Assembly: GCA_001949185.1 (NCBI GenBank)
Contig: BDGG01000006.1
Span: forward strand, 1,904,827 to 1,968,826
Direction of reading: 5' to 3'
Source of the DNA: Ramazzottius varieornatus
Taxonomy: Eukaryota > Animalia > Tardigrada
Length of the DNA stretch: 64,000 nt
This document shows, piece after piece, positions 62,148-64,000 of the stretch. A program made the translations under genes and the position numbers. Each line of letters begins with the position of its first letter. Positions within the stretch are counted from its first letter, which is position 1. A model generated the notes under the pieces. The model saw only the letters and a list, made by a program, of their open reading frames with translations, was not told the origin of the DNA and ran no database searches.

Positions 62148-63263
62148 CTTGAAAGGGGAGGATAAAGTCCTAGCACGGTTCACGGGACACCGAAAGTTTT
62201 CAAATTGCCGAAGAAAGCGAAATTGATAGAAAGCGGTAGTTGCTGCCCACTGAAATTTCTGTTACGTCTTTTTATGTAAGAAAAGATGCTAAGTCAAGGT
62301 TGGTCAGCCTTGGGTACTTGGCCAAAAATGCTACTTGTTTGTTGGTAGAAACTCAATATCATATGCCGGAAGTTTCTCCGGAGAAGCACGGGTTGCTTCA
62401 CCAAACAACCTGATTAAGAATCCGGTTCGTTAATTGAATACGATTACAAAACAAGTTAAAACAGGTTTATTGTGACTGGTTGCGATCGCGACGATCACTT
62501 TAATTTGAAAATGGAGAAAGAATCCAGGGGTCGTCGAGATGGCGGAAAACCCAAGTCTTGAGTCAGCTGACGGGACCGCCACCCGTTCTTGTCAAGACGG
62601 ATCTCCAGTAGACAGTCACATCATCTCTAGTCGGTTACTTGAGTTTTTCCAGAAATCCGACCATTCCGTTATTGTACTCGGGTTCCATCATAGTACTATC
62701 TAAGCTCTTCGAGGAGCAGGAAGTGTATTAATAAAATCAAGCAGCTTGAATTAACGACATAAGGCTATTTCTCCGTACGGAAAAGTACATAACTGCTACT
62801 TTTTTGATTGTTTTGCACGGAATCAACGACGCGTGGCTTTCTTGGTGGGAGCTGAATACAAGTAATCGTACTTTGCCTAATTATGGGCATGGAAAAAATT
62901 TTGGGCGCTGACCGGAAGCGGCAGGGGCCAGCTGAAACCGACCAATCAATCGAACTACTACCGCTTTCGGCCGGTGCCCGAAATTTCGTCCATGCCTATG
63001 ATTAGGCTAAGTTCGTATATAAAACATCGGGACCATGGTAAGACCATTGACGATCTCACTCGGACGCTTCTTCAGACTGGCTGTCCGTTGCGAATTTGGC
63101 AGTGCAAATATCAGGAGGAGCCAAATCCATAAATTTAATGGTGATGAATCTGGAGGGTCGATCAGCTTGCTGATGATGAGCACTCAGCACTACGCGTTGA
63201 CACCTCGTCTCTTTTTCTGGAAATCGGCCCTACTGTAGCTACGGAACGCGCACCATTGTTGTA

Positions 63264-63381
63264 CTCTCGCGATACACGCGGACATAAGCCATACAGGTTC
63301 CTCCCCCCCCTATAGCGGTTCAGTACACATTATGTAAACCGGGGGATGACGTCATAGGTATGTCTGTGTGTATCGCGAGAG
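63264..63381. mobile_element. 118-bp TA-flanked MITE
   Basis: TIRs CTCTCGCGATACACgCgGACATA and TATGTCtGtGTGTATCGCGAGAG (21/23), with TA on both sides. Confidence 0.8.
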
Positions 63382-63684
63382 TACAGTATAATATTACACA
63401 GTAGATTTTTGGGCGCCGAGTGGCTCTGATCATTTAGTCAATTTGGACAGAATTCATTCTTCACTAGGGACCATGACAGAGGTACACAGCAATTTAACTA
63501 TGTCTCTGAGAGAAACTGTATTCATGACAAGCGCGGAAGATGGTCGAATCCGACAAGAAAACAATAAAGCTGGCTTTCTATCTTAGAGGATATTTATGCT
63601 CAGAGTAGGATTTGGTTAGTTTGTACAGCACGGGGAAAGGTTCAAGGTAGATTCGAGCAGGTCCCACGTACTTCCCGGGCTGGT

Positions 63685-64000
63685 CTATTTGCCGTAAAAG
63701 CCAAGTCCAAATCCCCCCCAACCGCCGAAGAAAGGATAACCAAATCCAAATCCGCCGTAGGGAAATCCCCAGCCAAAACCTCCGTAAAACGGAAATCCGA
63801 ATCCGCCAAAGCCAAAGCGCCTCCTGAACCAGGCATCAGCACCTACAAGGGAAAGAGGATGAACGATCGTCCTCGCTAATCGGGCAAGAGCTCGTGGAAC
63901 GCATGGTTCGTTAGCTACGGATAACAGAGTTCAGAAGAGAACAGTGGTTCTTTACCTTGGAGAGAGACCATCAGGACAACGACAACCAAAAGGCACAGCA
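63685..64000 (-). CDS. Small secreted Gly/Phe-rich peptide 2 (start lies off the right edge), paralogue of peptide 1
   Basis: Exons >64000-63956 and 63842-63685 give ...LCLLVVVVLMVSLQGADA|WFRRRFGFGGFGFPFYGGFGWGFPYGGFGFGYPFFGGWGGFGLGFYGK*. Same intron position and phase as peptide 1. The ORF track shows only a wrong frame here. Confidence 0.88.

Overview
Eukaryotic (animal) genomic DNA with compact GT-AG introns. The short introns, invertebrate-type latrophilin and divergent ANF-receptor gene suggest an ecdysozoan such as a tardigrade, but this is inference only. Genes in order: 5' part of INTS9 (-); a complete latrophilin/Cirl adhesion GPCR (-); a ~28 kb gene-poor stretch holding a decayed hAT transposon nested inside a TA-flanked MITE; a natriuretic-peptide-receptor-type gene that stops just after its TM helix (-), with TE-filled introns; an MFSD1-like transporter (+); an FMO pseudogene (-); an orphan secreted Pro/Thr/Tyr-rich protein (+); mitochondrial ClpP (-); brahma/SMARCA2/4 (+); and two tandem small secreted Gly/aromatic-rich peptides with amidation signals (-). 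The two best leads are (1) a dispersed, mostly intronic palindromic element, CAAGTGGCGCA-N27-TGCGCCACTTG, with a fixed 49-bp core in every measurable copy, and (2) the caenacin/NLP-like candidate antimicrobial peptide pair. All exon boundaries were read by eye and no database searches were run.
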